A stretch of DNA of 64,000 bases. Origin: an uncultured Bacteroidales bacterium. GTDB taxonomy: Bacteria; Bacteroidota; Bacteroidia; Bacteroidales; UBA10428. The stretch's first letter is position 1. Every line of letters starts with the position of its first letter. The DNA is taken from NCBI GenBank assembly GCA_963790105.1, contig CAWBNI010000025.1, positions 76,638-140,637 on the forward strand, written 5' to 3'. Made by a program: the position numbers and the translations under genes. The notes beneath the pieces were generated by a model, which did no database searches, had not been told where the DNA came from, and saw only the letters and a list, made by a program, of their open reading frames with translations. Below, piece after piece: positions 62,643 through 64,000 of the stretch.

Positions 62643-63915
62643 TCACCTCCAGGGACAATGTTTCTCATGAATATGCCTCAGAAAATCATCCTTATAATAT
62701 TTCAGTCCGCTTTGCAGCGGTTCCATTGCACCGGGAGCATGGGCGCAAAAGGTATTGCCGGGTCCCATATACCGGGTATGAAACGACAGGATATCCAGAT
62801 CTTCAGGCCGGGCTGTTCCATCTTCAAATGACTGCAGGATCCTTTCGCTCCAGGGAAGTCCCTCCCTGCAGGGGGTGCACCATCCGCAGCTTTCAAGGGC
62901 AAAAAAACGGATCAGGTTCTTTATAAAAGCTACCGGACACGTTTTATCATCCAGCACGATAATGGTACCTGTTCCCATCCGGCTTCCTGCTGCTTTCACA
63001 GAAGTAAAATCCATCTTTGTATCCAGGTGATCGGCCATCATAAAATCGGTAGAACCGCCGCCCGGAATTATTCCGCGCAGAACATAACCATCCTGCATTC
63101 CTCCTGCATGTTCTTCAATGATCTCACGCAAGCTGGTTCCCATGGGAAGTTCCCATAATCCCGGCTTTTTCACATGACCGCTTACCCCGTAAATTTTTGT
63201 TCCTCCTTCACCGGTAAGGCTGAGTTTAGTGAACCAGTCGGTTCCTTTTTCAACAATATGCGGTATCCAGCACAGCGTTTCCACATTATTCACCACCGTT
63301 GGCTGACCAAAAAGTCCGCTGGTGGCGGGGAAAGGAGGTTTGGCACGCGGAATTCCCCTTTTTCCTTCAAGGGAATTGATGAGGGCAGTTTCTTCACCGC
63401 AGATATACCGGCCTGCACTGCTATGAAGATAAAGATCGAGGTCATATCCGGTGCCCAGTATGTTTTTACCCAGATAGCCGGCTTCATAGGCTTCTGCAAT
63501 GGCCTTTCGCAGATATGATCTCCGCTTTTTTATAGGCCCACCGGATAAAAATATAGGCTTTCTGTGCCTGGATGGCATACGCAGCGATTATCATACCGGC
63601 AATCAGCTGATGGGGATTTCCCTCCATCAGGAATTTATCCTTGTATGTACCGGGTTCCATTTCATCGGCATTGGCGATCAGGTATTTAATACCTGTGCCA
63701 TGCGCCTTTTTAGGGACAAGGCTCCATTTGAGCCCGGTCGGAAATCCGGCCCCTCCGCGTCCCAGCAGATTGGATGTTTTTACCAGCCCGATTACTTCAT
63801 CCGGGGTCATTTCCTTCAATGCCTTGTTCACTCCCCGGTATCCGCCGGCAAGCTCATATTCCTTAAATCCCGGAGGCTTTTCCAGGTTAATATGTTCTGT
63901 TAACGGAGTTTCCAT
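62643..63915 (-). pseudogene. nuoF: NADH:quinone oxidoreductase subunit F, one frameshift
   Basis: 63484-63915 ([13 protein letters not shown]) plus 62643-63578 (GYLGKNILG.., ICGEETALINSLEG, ESCGWCTPCREG). One extra T near 63520 separates ..KKAEII from LRKAIAEAY. Confidence 0.9.
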
Positions 63916-63920
63916 AGACG

Positions 63921-64000
63921 GCTATCTGTAATTTTCAAGAATTTCATCTATCTTACTGATTTCTATATTATTATGTAAATCATTATTGATCATCATCGAA
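63921..64000 (-). CDS. nuoE: 3' end of NADH:quinone oxidoreductase subunit E (partial, runs off the window)
   Basis: ..[24 protein letters not shown] ends at TAG 63921-63923, directly upstream of nuoF. The call rests on position and tail pattern. Confidence 0.5.

Noticed and set aside
1-64000. tRNA, rRNA, riboswitch or other known structured-RNA genes
   Set aside because: I found no cloverleaf-like or rRNA-like segments and no familiar riboswitch cores by eye in the spacers. This is a weak negative without covariance-model searches.

Overview
The window looks like a chromosomal segment from a Bacteroidota-type genome. Support: several T9SS C-terminal sorting domains, a hybrid two-component/AraC regulator, a TAnnTTTG-type promoter box, and almost no Shine-Dalgarno use.

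Gene content, left to right:
- Housekeeping and envelope genes: M28 peptidase, tilS, a peroxiredoxin, dgkA, and a creD trio.
- A hybrid sensor/regulator flanked by four paralogous small secreted proteins.
- A SusC/D-less sugar-catabolism cluster: GH29, a GH140-like gene, a TIM-barrel isomerase, two Gfo/Idh/MocA genes, a NagB-like gene, a DMT transporter and a GntR/PBP regulator.
- Two secreted CotH genes.
- A YfiR/NlpC/histidine-kinase/PAS block.
- zwf-rpiB-sodC.
- One long minus-strand respiratory block: nuoE(partial)FGHIJKLMN, then a ClC channel, then cydAB.

I recognised no rRNA, tRNA, CRISPR array, transposase or integrase.

Two features dominate beyond the gene list.
1. At least 13 intergenic spacers hold composite tandem arrays of 7-8 nt words (CGTAAAT, GCCTAGAT, GGCTGTTA, GTTGTTA, CGATTAC, TTGCACAT and others). 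The words recur between loci in both orientations. Arrays often abut or supply stop codons, and in two cases they form the leader directly before an ATG. They resemble cyanobacterial STRR heptamers. I consider this the most novel signal in the window.
2. By my approximate hand count there are 60-80 reading-frame breaks. They are concentrated in blocks (about 18.5-32.9 kb and 41.6-64 kb), while other multi-kb genes are intact. Most junctions I could phase behave as one extra nucleotide. This points to insertion-biased consensus error rather than gene decay, although the patchiness is unexplained. Broken genes are typed as pseudogene in the sense of 'as sequenced', not as a biological claim.
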